From Poseidonia sp. (GTDB taxonomy: Archaea > Thermoplasmatota > Poseidoniia > Poseidoniales > Poseidoniaceae): a stretch of DNA of 59,466 nucleotides. How positions within the stretch are numbered: the first letter of the stretch is position 1; the number at the start of each line of letters is the position of its first letter. The stretch lies in contig JAYPCE010000005.1 in assembly GCA_038124565.1 (NCBI GenBank), positions 1 through 59,466 of the forward strand. Direction: 5' to 3'. The notes under the pieces are model-generated. The model searched no databases. It was not told where the DNA came from and worked only from the letters and a program-made list of their open reading frames with translations. Made by a program: the position numbers and the translations under genes. Below are positions 35,993 to 45,873 of the stretch, one piece after another.

Positions 35993-38900
35993 CTAACCCG
36001 TGCGCAGGGCAGCAGAGGGTGGAATGTTGGAGGCTTGCCGAACGGGAATGAAGGTGGTGATGAGCACCACAAGCCAACCCACCATAAAGAGGGCGAGCGT
36101 AGAGAACCAAGGGAAGGAGAAGTCCACGCCTTCAGATTTCCACAACGCGTTGTACAGCACAACATGGAACCCATAACCGATGACCAAGCCGTTCAGCATA
36201 CCGAGGACGGCTACCCACGATACTTCAATGGAGAACATGCGCCATACGTGACGCTGACGGAAGCCGATGGCTCTCAGCATGCCCACTGTGCGACGCCGTT
36301 CACTCACATTCCGTACGGTCACCACGCCAATGCCTGCCACGCCGACTACCAGGCCCAAAGCGAGGTACCCCTCGAAGAGCGAGAGAATGGCGAGCACCAA
36401 TGATTGGATGACCATGATCTCGTCCGCTACTGTTTGAACATTGATGTTTTTCGAGGCCAACTCACGGTCGAGAAGGTCTTCAAGTTCTGCGGCGGCTCTG
36501 CGTTCATCCACGGTTTTGCCCTGAGCGGCAATGGGTGCTTCAGCAAAGTCCTCCGTCCTTGGCGCTGCATCGGGTGAAACACTCACGTACATTCGGGTGA
36601 TTTCACCGTTGAATTGTTCCTCGACGACTGAAGCGTGCATCCAAACACCTGGCGAAAAGATGTAGGACGACTGTTTGAGGAAGCCTCCCACCCTGACTTC
36701 ACGGATGTTTTGTGGGTTTGAAAAATCAATTAGAAAAATTGAATCTCCAATTGAAAATTGCAAGGGAACAAGGGTGCTGCCGTCGGCCGTTGATTCAAGA
36801 CCAAACGAAGCGTCCAAGAACACCACATCGTTGAAATTTTCAATTGAAATCCACGCTTCATCCGAGGTGGCTCCCAACGATTCATCCCAAAGATGCAACG
36901 GCAACCCGCCGTGCGCCAAGAAACCGCTATCAACGCCACGCAGCAGATAGGGCATCCGCTCACCTTGTTCATCTTCAAGATGAACCGGCGCACGGTAGAC
37001 AGACCCCACCGCATCGATGTTGTCGAGGATGGAATCGTTGAGGCCCCACGCCGACGGGTTCTCTCCAATGGTGATGGGCCTGGCCCGACTGGATGTTAAC
37101 AACAGCTCAAACTCCCCTTCCGCCTCTTCCACAAAGTCGGCAGAATAGGTGTCAAATTGTTCAGTATAGCCCGCGAGCACGACAACGGAAAACATGGTGA
37201 TGGAAAACATGCCCATCACCACAGCGGTGCGAACAGGATGAGCCAGTGGATGGGCGAGTGCGACCGCCCGCACCGGTCCGCCACCGAACAGACGGCGTTT
37301 TGACAAAGCGGCCACGAGCATGGGGGCCCAACTGGTCAAAACCATCACGCCCGAGAGAACCTGAAGAAGACCCAACACGATGAATGACAATTCGTTTGGC
37401 TCCATCTCTTGACGCCACGGATCGATGGGCGCTAAAACCAAGGTCCAAACCAAGAACAGTACACCCACCGCACCCAATGAGTTTCTTGCTGCATATCGTG
37501 TCCAACGTGTGGTCTTACCACCGGACAACCAAGTCGGAAGTTGCCAAGTCACGATGGGCGTGAGAAGGAGGATGAATCCAACCCCAGCACCAACATAGGC
37601 CGCATAGGAGAGCCCGCTGTTGAAACCAAACAGCACCAGTCCGATGCCGCACATACCCAGGCCGCCCAAGCCAATGATTTGAGCGAGGAAGACACCCCAT
37701 GGCACACCCGTCTTCATCGGTGCACGCCCGTCTTTCAGCGCTCGTACGATGTTGAGTTGAGCGTTGTAGGCTGCGCTGAGGCTCAGCAAGAGCAACGATA
37801 ACAAGGCACCCCAAATCCACCCTGCAAAGAAGGAATCTACGGTCCATGCAAAGGCGAAAGATTGGGCGCCAACGCTTTGGAAAATGGTGCTGAAACCAAC
37901 CGAAATCACCCAAGCCAACCCCAAGCCGACCAACGAACCCACTGCACCAGAGACCAAGGCGATGGCCGTGCCTTCCAGCACAAACATGGCACGAGCATCG
38001 CTTCGTTTGAGCCCCAGCGCACGTGCCGTGGCCAACTCTTTGCGGCGCACATCGGCGAGCAGCATGATGATGGTCAGCGAGAGAAGCACGCCCGCAGCGA
38101 TGGTGAACGTACCAAACACCAAGAACATGGCCGACAGCAAACCCGAGGAGGCTTCTGCTTGTTCGGCAGCGTCCAATTGTACCGCAGATGTTTGAAGATG
38201 CAGGTCTTCTGCCTTGCTTCGTTCATCGAACCACGCACGGAGAAGTTCGGTGGAGGTTCCGTTTTCTTCGGCGAAACTCGGTCCTGAAAACATCAGAATG
38301 GAACGGTCGTCGTCGCCCGCCAGCGCCAAGGTCTCAGCGTCATTCAAATGGACCAGCCCGAGGACGACGGCGTCCAAATCGGCCAATTGCTCAAAGCCGG
38401 GCAAGGCAGCATAGAGGCCCTCGGAACGCAGCGCAACCGCGCTGTCGTTGCCGTAAGCGTAGGGAAGAATCCCTTTGACCAACAGGAGTTCTTCCCCCTG
38501 CTCAAGGTTCAGCAAAGCCAACCGTTGCGAGGTAAGAATGGTGCCTTCTTCGACGGACAGGCTGGCGTTGTCGCCACCAAAGGCCAGCACCATTTGCGGA
38601 TATTTTCCAAAGCCAGGAGCATCGGAAAGCACGGGTAGGCGGAGGCTTTCAACCGCCGATGAGGTGGTGTTCCAACGCAACAAACCGTGCTCCCAGGTGC
38701 ACCAACCATCCGCATCGTTCACGACAAGAGCAACCACGCCGTCACAGGCCTCATGCGCCTCTGTAAGTGGAGCAGCATCCTCTGTCGGCCACTCGCTTTC
38801 ATCGATGGCGGTGAAGACTTCCAAACCTAAGTCAGCAGCATAACGGTCCACCGTGAGCAAGCCTTCAATCGCAAGATAGAGGCGGTCGTCGGCCTCAAGC

Positions 38901-40582
38901 GAATAAGAGAGCACCGTGTTGGGCAAGGGAATGGACAAGGTGGTGGTGCTGACCTCGGCAAGATGCTCGTCAAAGGAAGTCAAGAGCAAGGCGCCATCTT
39001 CTTCGAGAAGGGCCAACCAACCTTGTTCGGTAGCGGTAACGGCCACCGCAGGATTTGAACTGTCATAGGAAGCACGTTCGTCTTCATCCACAAAGCGTTC
39101 ATCGGCCAACACGAGACCTTCGTCGTAGGCCACCACGGCTGCTCCACCGGTACTGTTCCACGCAACGTCGTTGACCCGTTGGCCGTCCTCAACCTGCCAC
39201 ATCCAGGCTTCACCGTCGTTGAGGAGCTCAAATCCGAGGCCGTTGGAGGCAACATGCCACAAGGCTGCGTCGCCCAACCGAAGGGTGTGGATTTCGCTAT
39301 CAGCGAGCGTAAGCAAAGCCTCATCGTTCACTTGCGCATCGATGAGCGGTGCCTGCATCACTTCCAACATAGCAGCATCGGGAGCAAGGCGGCTGCGGTT
39401 TTCACGAAGCGCGACGACATCGTCTCCCGCAATCCGTTGCAGGCCGACTTGGGATGAAATGGATAATGAGGCCGATGCTTCGTCCACCGTGAAGACCAAA
39501 CCAGCATCTTCTGCGGTCAACACGTCGTCAAGAGCCTGAGAGACCGCCTCGTTGAGCGAACGCACCTTTTGCGCAGAAACGTCATCATCCAGTGCGAAGG
39601 CCAAGCGATTCAACCGGCCCTCAAGCCCAAGCAGCGTTTCAGCGGAAGACAACGCTGCAAAAATGGCGGGAGACAGCGTACCGGCCATGGCGCCTTGGCC
39701 GGTGTTTGGGACGATGGCGTGAACACGAACCCATTGGGTGGTACGCACCCGTTGTTCATCGTTAGTGATGAACACCCCCATTTCCAACATGTCCCCCACG
39801 TTGGCTTCAAGCATGTCCGCTGCGACCTGATTCAGAGCCACGTGGGTTTCACTCGAAGAGGCATCAAGGGCCTCAAGGTCTGAAAAGCGAAGGCCGGTGT
39901 TCAAGTCCAACGACGCCCAAATCCCAGCATCATCAACGCTGGCGTTCCGTGCAAAAAAGGCCACAGAAGGTTCAGCCAAGCCGCTTGGCGCCGTGAGGCT
40001 CACCATGCTGGTCAAGCCGTACTGACGGCCAATCAAGTGAGGCGCAATGCTGTTGTTGGCTTGCAGCACGCCCCATAAGGTCTCACCGACCTCGGCGGGA
40101 AAATCAACGGCCACCCCGGTCATCGGGTCAAGTCCTGAGACGAGCAGGTCGGTCTCTCCCCACGCCGCACGAACTTCATTGGAGACGGTGGCGTCAAGTG
40201 AGTCGCCGACCACCAACGAGGACGTGATGATGGCGGAAGCGATGACCAAACCGGCCAACATCAACGCTGTTTGTCGACGTCGACGCAGGATGTTTTCTTT
40301 TGCAAGGCGCCAAACCAACAAACGTTGGGGCATCAGCATGGGTTGCAAGAACATCATTGACACCAACCCAAGCAAAACTCCGCCAGCCAGACAACTCGCT
40401 TGCGAAAGGTCAAGCCACGCCAACACAGCGTAGCCGATCATTCCATCAACAGGGCCTCCAAAGACGAGGATTCCGCGGTGGAGCCACGAAAGCGAAGACC
40501 ATTGGGTGGACAACAGCAGGGAGACGATGCTGAACACCAGCACCACTGACCCCACAATCGCCAAGGAGAGCAGCAGAATCAT
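35993..40582 (-). CDS. Very large FtsX/MacB-family (type VII) ABC permease, duplicated architecture with large extracellular domains
   Basis: LAKENILRRRRQTALMLAGLVIA; two FtsX C-terminal motifs (RRKELATARALG and ERRRTVGMLRAIG). Start 40582 has a GAGGAGG SD and an ATGA overlap with the ATPase. Confidence 0.88.
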   Translation of the reverse strand: MILLLSLAIVGSVVLVFSIVSLLLSTQWSSLSWLHRGILVFGGPVDGMIGYAVLAWLDLSQASCLAGGVLLGLVSMMFLQPMLMPQRLLVWRLAKENILRRRRQTALMLAGLVIASAIITSSLVVGDSLDATVSNEVRAAWGETDLLVSGLDPMTGVAVDFPAEVGETLWGVLQANNSIAPHLIGRQYGLTSMVSLTAPSGLAEPSVAFFARNASVDDAGIWASLDLNTGLRFSDLEALDASSSETHVALNQVAADMLEANVGDMLEMGVFITNDEQRVRTTQWVRVHAIVPNTGQGAMAGTLSPAIFAALSSAETLLGLEGRLNRLAFALDDDVSAQKVRSLNEAVSQALDDVLTAEDAGLVFTVDEASASLSISSQVGLQRIAGDDVVALRENRSRLAPDAAMLEVMQAPLIDAQVNDEALLTLADSEIHTLRLGDAALWHVASNGLGFELLNDGEAWMWQVEDGQRVNDVAWNSTGGAAVVAYDEGLVLADERFVDEDERASYDSSNPAVAVTATEQGWLALLEEDGALLLTSFDEHLAEVSTTTLSIPLPNTVLSYSLEADDRLYLAIEGLLTVDRYAADLGLEVFTAIDESEWPTEDAAPLTEAHEACDGVVALVVNDADGWCTWEHGLLRWNTTSSAVESLRLPVLSDAPGFGKYPQMVLAFGGDNASLSVEEGTILTSQRLALLNLEQGEELLLVKGILPYAYGNDSAVALRSEGLYAALPGFEQLADLDAVVLGLVHLNDAETLALAGDDDRSILMFSGPSFAEENGTSTELLRAWFDERSKAEDLHLQTSAVQLDAAEQAEASSGLLSAMFLVFGTFTIAAGVLLSLTIIMLLADVRRKELATARALGLKRSDARAMFVLEGTAIALVSGAVGSLVGLGLAWVISVGFSTIFQSVGAQSFAFAWTVDSFFAGWIWGALLSLLLLSLSAAYNAQLNIVRALKDGRAPMKTGVPWGVFLAQIIGLGGLGMCGIGLVLFGFNSGLSYAAYVGAGVGFILLLTPIVTWQLPTWLSGGKTTRWTRYAARNSLGAVGVLFLVWTLVLAPIDPWRQEMEPNELSFIVLGLLQVLSGVMVLTSWAPMLVAALSKRRLFGGGPVRAVALAHPLAHPVRTAVVMGMFSITMFSVVVLAGYTEQFDTYSADFVEEAEGEFELLLTSSRARPITIGENPSAWGLNDSILDNIDAVGSVYRAPVHLEDEQGERMPYLLRGVDSGFLAHGGLPLHLWDESLGATSDEAWISIENFNDVVFLDASFGLESTADGSTLVPLQFSIGDSIFLIDFSNPQNIREVRVGGFLKQSSYIFSPGVWMHASVVEEQFNGEITRMYVSVSPDAAPRTEDFAEAPIAAQGKTVDERRAAAELEDLLDRELASKNINVQTVADEIMVIQSLVLAILSLFEGYLALGLVVGVAGIGVVTVRNVSERRRTVGMLRAIGFRQRHVWRMFSIEVSWVAVLGMLNGLVIGYGFHVVLYNALWKSEGVDFSFPWFSTLALFMVGWLVVLITTFIPVRQASNIPPSAALRTG

Positions 40583-41283
40583 TCCTCCTCTTTCGGATGC
40601 GTAGGCGTGGTGCTGACCACCATGCCGTCTTGCATGGTGATGGTGCGCTGGCATTGTTCAGCGATGGATTCGTCGTGCGTGACGATGAGGAAGGTCGTGC
40701 CTTCATCCCGATTCATCGCTTGTAGCAGAGCCATGACTTCTCTGGAGGTGGCCGTGTCAAGGTTGCCGGTTGGCTCATCGCACAAGATGATGGAAGGCGT
40801 GTGGACGATGGCCCGCGCAACAGCCACCCGTTGTTGCTGACCTCCAGACAGTTCGGAAGGTCGGTGTTCGCAACGGTCCAACAAGCCAACACGCGTCAAA
40901 GCCTCCATTGCCGTGGCCCGGGCATCGGTTGAGCCCATACCCTGAAGCAAGAGCGGAAGTTCAACATTTTCAACTGCAGAAAGCACCGGGAGGAGGTTAA
41001 AATCTTGAAAAATGAACCCAAATTGTTGTCCACGTAAATCCGTACGGGCGTTGTCGGAGATGCCGTACAGAGGCTGCCCGTTCACCATCACCATCCCCGA
41101 AGTTGGCTCGTCAATCCCAGAGAGAATGTTCAGCAGCGTCGTTTTGCCGCATCCCGACGGACCCATGACCGCCACCATCTCACCTGAGCGGACCGTGAGG
41201 TCCACGCCACGAACGGCTTCAACCGTGGATTCGCCGGCCTGATAGAGTTTCCAAAGACTGGAGGCTTGCAAGGCAGGGGTCAT
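40579..41283 (-). CDS. ABC transporter ATPase (LolD/MacB/SalX type)
   Basis: GPSGCGKTT, FIFQDFNL, LSGGQQQRVAVARA, CDEPTGNLD, VTHD. Start placed at MTPALQ (41283), because the longer ORF overlaps the divergent gene. Confidence 0.92.
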   Translation of the reverse strand: MTPALQASSLWKLYQAGESTVEAVRGVDLTVRSGEMVAVMGPSGCGKTTLLNILSGIDEPTSGMVMVNGQPLYGISDNARTDLRGQQFGFIFQDFNLLPVLSAVENVELPLLLQGMGSTDARATAMEALTRVGLLDRCEHRPSELSGGQQQRVAVARAIVHTPSIILCDEPTGNLDTATSREVMALLQAMNRDEGTTFLIVTHDESIAEQCQRTITMQDGMVVSTTPTHPKEEE

Positions 41284-41334
41284 GGATGAACCAAAGGGAA
41301 TTGCATTCATAAATCCCTGCCCGAAAGGCGCTGC

Positions 41335-41589
41335 ATGAGCACGGAAGGACCCGCGATTTCCATCACCGTGCTCGCCTTTGGACCGCTCGCTGAACGGTTG
41401 GGCGGCAGGCAACACCAATGCGAGGTCGAAGTCAACAGCACCGTCCGTGAACTGGTGCTTGGTTTGGGACTGGAAGAGTGGATTACCTTTGGGCTCTCGG
41501 TAGCGGTCAACGGTGAGCGATGCGCTCTTGATGCCGTCCTTGCTGAGGGCCAAGAGGTGGCGCTGCTACCGCCCGTCAGCGGCGGCTAA
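41335..41589 (+). CDS. MoaD/ThiS-family ubiquitin-like protein (SAMP-like)
   Basis: 84 aa beta-grasp pattern, VAVNG, ends EVALLPPVSGG. Confidence 0.9.
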   Translation: MSTEGPAISITVLAFGPLAERLGGRQHQCEVEVNSTVRELVLGLGLEEWITFGLSVAVNGERCALDAVLAEGQEVALLPPVSGG

Positions 41590-41662
41590 GCGTTGACAGA
41601 ACCCGACATTCAAGGAAAGCCTTCAACAACGGGAAGCGCCACGCTTGACTTGAGGAAGAACC

Positions 41663-41986
41663 ATGATCGGTGGACTCGGACCGCTTGAATTGACCATCCT
41701 GCTCGGCTTGTTCTTTGTTCTCTTTGGGGCTCAGCGACTGCCTGAGTTGGCCAATGCTCTTGGACGCTCCAAGGGTGAATTCCAGAAAGGCTTGGCCGAC
41801 ACCACTTCGGCTGCCAAAGCGGCCACCACCGTAGCAGACCTTGAGGCTGGGGGCCGAACCTCCGACCAAGTGCTGATGGACCGAGCCAAAGCGGTTGGCC
41901 TTGACCCCACAGGCATGCCCGTTGAGGAATTGGAAGCCAAAGTCGCCGCCTTAGAAGCCCTATCTGCCTCGGAAAACGAAGAATGA
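41663..41986 (+). CDS. tatA: Twin-arginine translocase subunit TatA
   Basis: GPLELTILL..FVLFGAQRLPELANALGRSKGEFQKG. Confidence 0.93.
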   Translation: MIGGLGPLELTILLGLFFVLFGAQRLPELANALGRSKGEFQKGLADTTSAAKAATTVADLEAGGRTSDQVLMDRAKAVGLDPTGMPVEELEAKVAALEALSASENEE

Positions 41987-41987
41987 A

Positions 41988-42485
41988 TCATCCTCGTTTC
42001 CGTTTCATCACCATCGGCGAGCCGCACCGTTGACATTCGCCTGCGGCTTGCCCTTTGGAGCGTTTTACACCTTCGGGCACCTCGCTCACGTCGCGACAAC
42101 CTGTGCAGCGCAACTCCCACAACCAGACGGCGGTTGAGGGTGCATTGGCCACAGCAACGATGGCACCCCCCGCATGCTGTACCGTATTCTGAAGGCGGTA
42201 ATCATCGGTGACCAAAGGCAACTCCAAGCCCAAGGCCAGGGCCAAGACATCGAGGTCAACATCGGACAAACGAGGAAGGTCACCGGTTTGTGAAGCCGCG
42301 TCTTTCGCTTCATTGAGCCATTGAGCAGAGGGTTGTCGCCATGTGAGGTCAGCTCCTTCCACCAACATCAGCCGAGCGGTACTGAGTCGCTCCAACTCCA
42401 GACGTTGGGAATCAGCACAGACGCCTCCTGTGAGTTCCTGAACAGGCCAATGGAGCAACGCCGCCGTGTCCAAGACTCGCTGCAT
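41988..42485 (-). CDS. nob1: Nob1-family PIN endonuclease with Zn ribbon
   Basis: VLDTAALL, LSDVDLDVLALA, VTDDYRLQN, C-terminal CTGC..CQRCG. Confidence 0.88.
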   Translation of the reverse strand: MQRVLDTAALLHWPVQELTGGVCADSQRLELERLSTARLMLVEGADLTWRQPSAQWLNEAKDAASQTGDLPRLSDVDLDVLALALGLELPLVTDDYRLQNTVQHAGGAIVAVANAPSTAVWLWELRCTGCRDVSEVPEGVKRSKGQAAGECQRCGSPMVMKRKRG

Positions 42486-42562
42486 GGCCTTGACACAGGA
42501 ATCCCTCTCAAGAAGGCACCGCTCACCCCTATCTTCATCAAAGAAGGGTGTCAGCGCAAAGC

Positions 42563-43186
42563 ATGAGTTGGAAGCAGAGCGTCCTTGAGGCCTTTGAGGT
42601 CTTTGGGCCGGCCAGCCTCTTCCTGCTCTCCTTCACAGAGGCCATCGTTCAACCCTTACCGCCTGATGTGCTTTACATTCCGATGTTGGTGAACGCCATG
42701 GGCAATGTCCCGCTGGTGCTTTGGCTGTGGGCGGTGGTCACGGTGGCGTCTGTACTTGGCTCCTTGGTCGGGTACTTCATCGGCGAGCGATGGGGGACGT
42801 CACTGATGGTTCGGTTCGGACAGGAACACCACTTGACCAAACTGGAACATCTCACGCTTCGCTACGGTTCGGTCGGCATTTTCATCGCTGCCTTTTCACC
42901 CATCCCCTACAAGGTACTGGGGTGGATGGCTGGGATGGGTCACATGGCGAAGAAACCCTTCATCATCGCTGGATTGCTTGGGCGAGGTCTTCGGTTTGGG
43001 TTGGAAGCAGTGCTCATTGGATTGTACGGTGAGCAAGCCCTCGATGCGATGCTCTGGTTCTTGGACAACGAAATCTTGCTCGCTGGCGCATTGATCCTCA
43101 GCGGACTTGCAGGCTGGTGGCTCTGGTCTTGGTGGTCAAGTCTCGGGCACGAGCCCCCGACAAGTGAATCCGAGAGCCTTGCATAA
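42563..43186 (+). CDS. YqaA/DedA (VTT domain) membrane protein
   Basis: LSFTEAIVQPLPPD, SVLGSLVGYFIG, AAFSPIPYKV, GRGLRF. Confidence 0.88.
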   Translation: MSWKQSVLEAFEVFGPASLFLLSFTEAIVQPLPPDVLYIPMLVNAMGNVPLVLWLWAVVTVASVLGSLVGYFIGERWGTSLMVRFGQEHHLTKLEHLTLRYGSVGIFIAAFSPIPYKVLGWMAGMGHMAKKPFIIAGLLGRGLRFGLEAVLIGLYGEQALDAMLWFLDNEILLAGALILSGLAGWWLWSWWSSLGHEPPTSESESLA

Positions 43187-43236
43187 ACCGAGGCTACGGG
43201 AACGGTTATGAACAGGCCACCGATGGCCGAACCGTC

Positions 43237-43311
43237 GCTGGTGTGGTGTAGTCAGGTCCATCATTACGGGTTTTCATCCCGTCGACCCGGGTTCGAATCC
43301 CGGCACTAGCA
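43237..43311 (+). tRNA. tRNA-Glu(TTC)
   Basis: GCTGGTG/CACTAGC acceptor stem, ACGGG-TT-TTC-AT-CCCGT anticodon arm, CCGGG-TTCGAAT-CCCGG T arm; CCA not encoded; TTATGAA box about 25 nt upstream. Confidence 0.95.
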
Positions 43312-43418
43312 CTCCTGCCATTCAGTACAGCGTTTAGGAACAAATACGAGGGTTTTTTCCTTCGTGGCGCTAACCCCCTTACGGTGAAGATTAAGGGGTC
43401 GTGTTCACCCCGAGGTTC

Positions 43419-43880
43419 ATGGTCACCGTAGGAGACACCGCCCCCGCCTTTACCCTCACCGCCACAGACAAAAGCAACGTCAGCCTGTCCGATTTTGCTG
43501 GCCAACGCGTGGTGCTTGCCTTCTACCCCGCAGCCTTCACCGGCGTGTGCACCACCGAAATGTGCACCTTCCAGGACTCCATGAACCAGTTGAACAATGT
43601 GGGCGCCCAAGTCTTTGGCGTCTCTGTTGACTCGCCCTTCTCCAACGGCGCCTTCGCAAAGGAAAACGGCATTGAATTCACGCTGTTGTCCGATGTTCAC
43701 CGCACCATGATTTCGGAGTATGGCATGACCTTCGAGAACTTCGTCATCGACGGATATACTGTGGCGAACCGAGGCGTGGTTATCGTTGAGGCCGACGGTT
43801 CGGTCGGTTATGTTTGGACCTGCGAAAGTTTAGGCGAAGAGCCCGACTACGAGGCCATCATCGCCCACTGCTCGCAGTAA
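43419..43880 (+). CDS. Peroxiredoxin (Bcp/AhpE-like)
   Basis: VGDTAPAFTL, FYPAAFTGVCTTEMC (PxxxTxxC), GVSVDS, LLSD. Confidence 0.9.
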   Translation: MVTVGDTAPAFTLTATDKSNVSLSDFAGQRVVLAFYPAAFTGVCTTEMCTFQDSMNQLNNVGAQVFGVSVDSPFSNGAFAKENGIEFTLLSDVHRTMISEYGMTFENFVIDGYTVANRGVVIVEADGSVGYVWTCESLGEEPDYEAIIAHCSQ

Positions 43881-43881
43881 T

Positions 43882-44721
43882 TCAAGCCAGCGTGCCGTTC
43901 TGGTAGTCCTCAATGGCCTGGTAGATTTCTTCGCGGGTATTCATGACAAACGGTCCATAGCGTGCGATAGGTTCGTCAATGTTCGGACCACCCAACAACA
44001 AGCATTCCGCCCCTGCCTCTCCCGCTGTGAGCGTCACCTCGTCACCTGGGCTCAGCAAACCAAGACCGCCGTCCTCCAAGAAGCGTCCCTCAATCTCCAT
44101 CGACCCACCAAAAGCATAGACCATCAGATTGTGCTGAGATTCACATGGGTGGGTGTAGGTGGACCCTGGTTTCATGCGCACGTGAATGTAGGTGATCGGG
44201 ATGACCGTATCAATGACGGCTTCCACGCCAAGGGCACGGCCAGCGATGACGTTCACCCAAACTTGTCCGTCTTCAGAGACCGCCTCAGGAATCTCGTTTG
44301 ATGGAATATCTTGGTAGCGCGGCGCCATCATCTTGTCTTTGGCAGGCAAGTTCACCCAGATTTGGAAACCGTGCATCAAGCCACCGTGTTCCATCATGTG
44401 GTCTTGTGGAAGTTCGGAATGAATGACCCCTCGGCCTGCTGTCATCCATTGAACATCACCTGGATTGAGGTCACCGCTGTTTCCTGCAGAATCGGCGTGC
44501 TTCATACCACCCGCAAGCAGGTACGTCACGGTTTCAAATCCTCGGTGAGGATGGTCCGGAGCACCGATGGCTTCGCCAGGGCCGTAGTCAACAGGACCCA
44601 TTTCATCGAGCAACAAGAACGGACTCATCAGGCGCCCCATCGCTACGGGCCGTCGAACTTTGAAGCCCCCGCCTTCCAGCACGGTGTGGGTAGGGACAAT
44701 CGAGGTTAACGTCCGAATCAA
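43882..44721 (-). CDS. Pirin family protein
   Basis: PFLLLDEMGP, HPHRGFETVTY, QWMTAGRGVIHSE, QIWVNLP, GPFVMNT. Confidence 0.95.
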   Translation of the reverse strand: MIRTLTSIVPTHTVLEGGGFKVRRPVAMGRLMSPFLLLDEMGPVDYGPGEAIGAPDHPHRGFETVTYLLAGGMKHADSAGNSGDLNPGDVQWMTAGRGVIHSELPQDHMMEHGGLMHGFQIWVNLPAKDKMMAPRYQDIPSNEIPEAVSEDGQVWVNVIAGRALGVEAVIDTVIPITYIHVRMKPGSTYTHPCESQHNLMVYAFGGSMEIEGRFLEDGGLGLLSPGDEVTLTAGEAGAECLLLGGPNIDEPIARYGPFVMNTREEIYQAIEDYQNGTLA

Positions 44722-44725
44722 ACCA

Positions 44726-45226
44726 TCAACCCCTTGGTAAGCTCCCTAGCATCGCATCAATGGTTTCCGGGTTGGCTGCCTTGTTGCGATTGGTAACGAT
44801 GGAACGTCCAAGCACAATGCAACCGAGGTAAGAAAATTGTTGGCGCATGGCCATGATGACATGTTGGCCACCGCCCCCTGAGTGTGTGGCCAACGCCACG
44901 GTTCGGTCGCGAAACAAGCGGCGGAAATCGTCACCCTCTCGACTCAACCATGCAATGGTGTTGTTGAGAACAGGTGGCATGGAACCGTTGTATTCAGGAG
45001 CAAAGACAAACCATGCGTCGCCCTGGTCCAAGCGTTGAATGAGGTCGCTCATCCCCTCTAGTTCGCTTGTTTCACCCTCCCGTTGTACGGTGTAGACCGG
45101 GAAATCATAGGCGCTGAGCGAAATGTGGTCCACGGTGTGACCCAGAGCGTGGGCGCGCTGCGCCACTTCGCGGGCGAGAGCGGCATTGTTTCCGTCTGAC
45201 GCCAACAGAAACGCCAAGTGGGCCAT
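44726..45226 (-). CDS. NAD(P)H-dependent FMN reductase
   Basis: APEYNGSMPPVLNNTIAWLSR, THSGGGG. Confidence 0.88.
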   Translation of the reverse strand: MAHLAFLLASDGNNAALAREVAQRAHALGHTVDHISLSAYDFPVYTVQREGETSELEGMSDLIQRLDQGDAWFVFAPEYNGSMPPVLNNTIAWLSREGDDFRRLFRDRTVALATHSGGGGQHVIMAMRQQFSYLGCIVLGRSIVTNRNKAANPETIDAMLGSLPRG

Positions 45227-45293
45227 GAACCGTGGAGGTGCTGGTCGCCTTTATGATTAACAGTTTCACGGCAGACACCGATTTGCTGCTTCG

Positions 45294-45482
45294 TTAGGAC
45301 TGGGCGGCGTCGTTGAAGGCCGAAGTAAACCGCTCCATCCAGGTGTCACGCTCCTCATTGGGGCTGGACATGATGTCTTGGTGGGCTTCAAAATAATGCG
45401 GCATCATGATGGTCAACATTTCCCGAACAGTTTCGGCTTCAAACTCGATGGACCCGCAATCAATGCAAGCCATCCTGACCAT
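45294..45482 (-). CDS. Small putative metal-binding protein (DUF1059-like)
   Basis: 62 aa; CIDCG..FEAET..EML..M.PHY..AH pattern; TTAA box about 25 nt upstream. Confidence 0.6.
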   Translation of the reverse strand: MVRMACIDCGSIEFEAETVREMLTIMMPHYFEAHQDIMSSPNEERDTWMERFTSAFNDAAQS

Positions 45483-45594
45483 GCAAAGTGCAGGCTGCGC
45501 TTGTTAATTGAAGTTCCCCATCTGCTCTGATTCCATGCGATTTGAAGTGGAACATGGCGAGGAGGTTATAGCACTCGGGCGACCCATTCACCAT

Positions 45595-45873
45595 GTGTCA
45601 GAAGGCCTGATTTTGGAACACGCCGCCGCAGCCAACACCGATTTCTTGGTCTACACGGGTCATTTTTGCGGCTATTGTCGTGCCTTGAAGAACCTGCTGA
45701 ACGAGAAAACGTTGTCGTTCACCGAGATCAATTTTGATGAACAACCCCCCGAGATGCGCCATGCGGTGGTGCGTGCGACGGGCCATCGCACGGTACCGGT
45801 GGTGTTTGACCTGCGAGAAGACCAACCCATCTTCATCGGCGGCTTTGACGAAACTCGACGCTATCTCAAGTGA
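45595..45873 (+). CDS. Glutaredoxin
   Basis: CGYC active site, TGHRTVPVVF, IGGFDE; GTG start chosen from a GTTATAG box about 25 nt upstream. Confidence 0.88.
   Translation: MSEGLILEHAAAANTDFLVYTGHFCGYCRALKNLLNEKTLSFTEINFDEQPPEMRHAVVRATGHRTVPVVFDLREDQPIFIGGFDETRRYLK

Noticed and set aside
40583-40654. His-rich N-terminus (MPAHHHHARRH) on the FtsX permease
   Set aside because: It is an out-of-frame read of the ATPase 3' end; the real start is 40582 (SD and ATGA overlap).
43206-43700. 164-aa minus-strand ORF
   Set aside because: It is antisense to tRNA-Glu and the peroxiredoxin gene.
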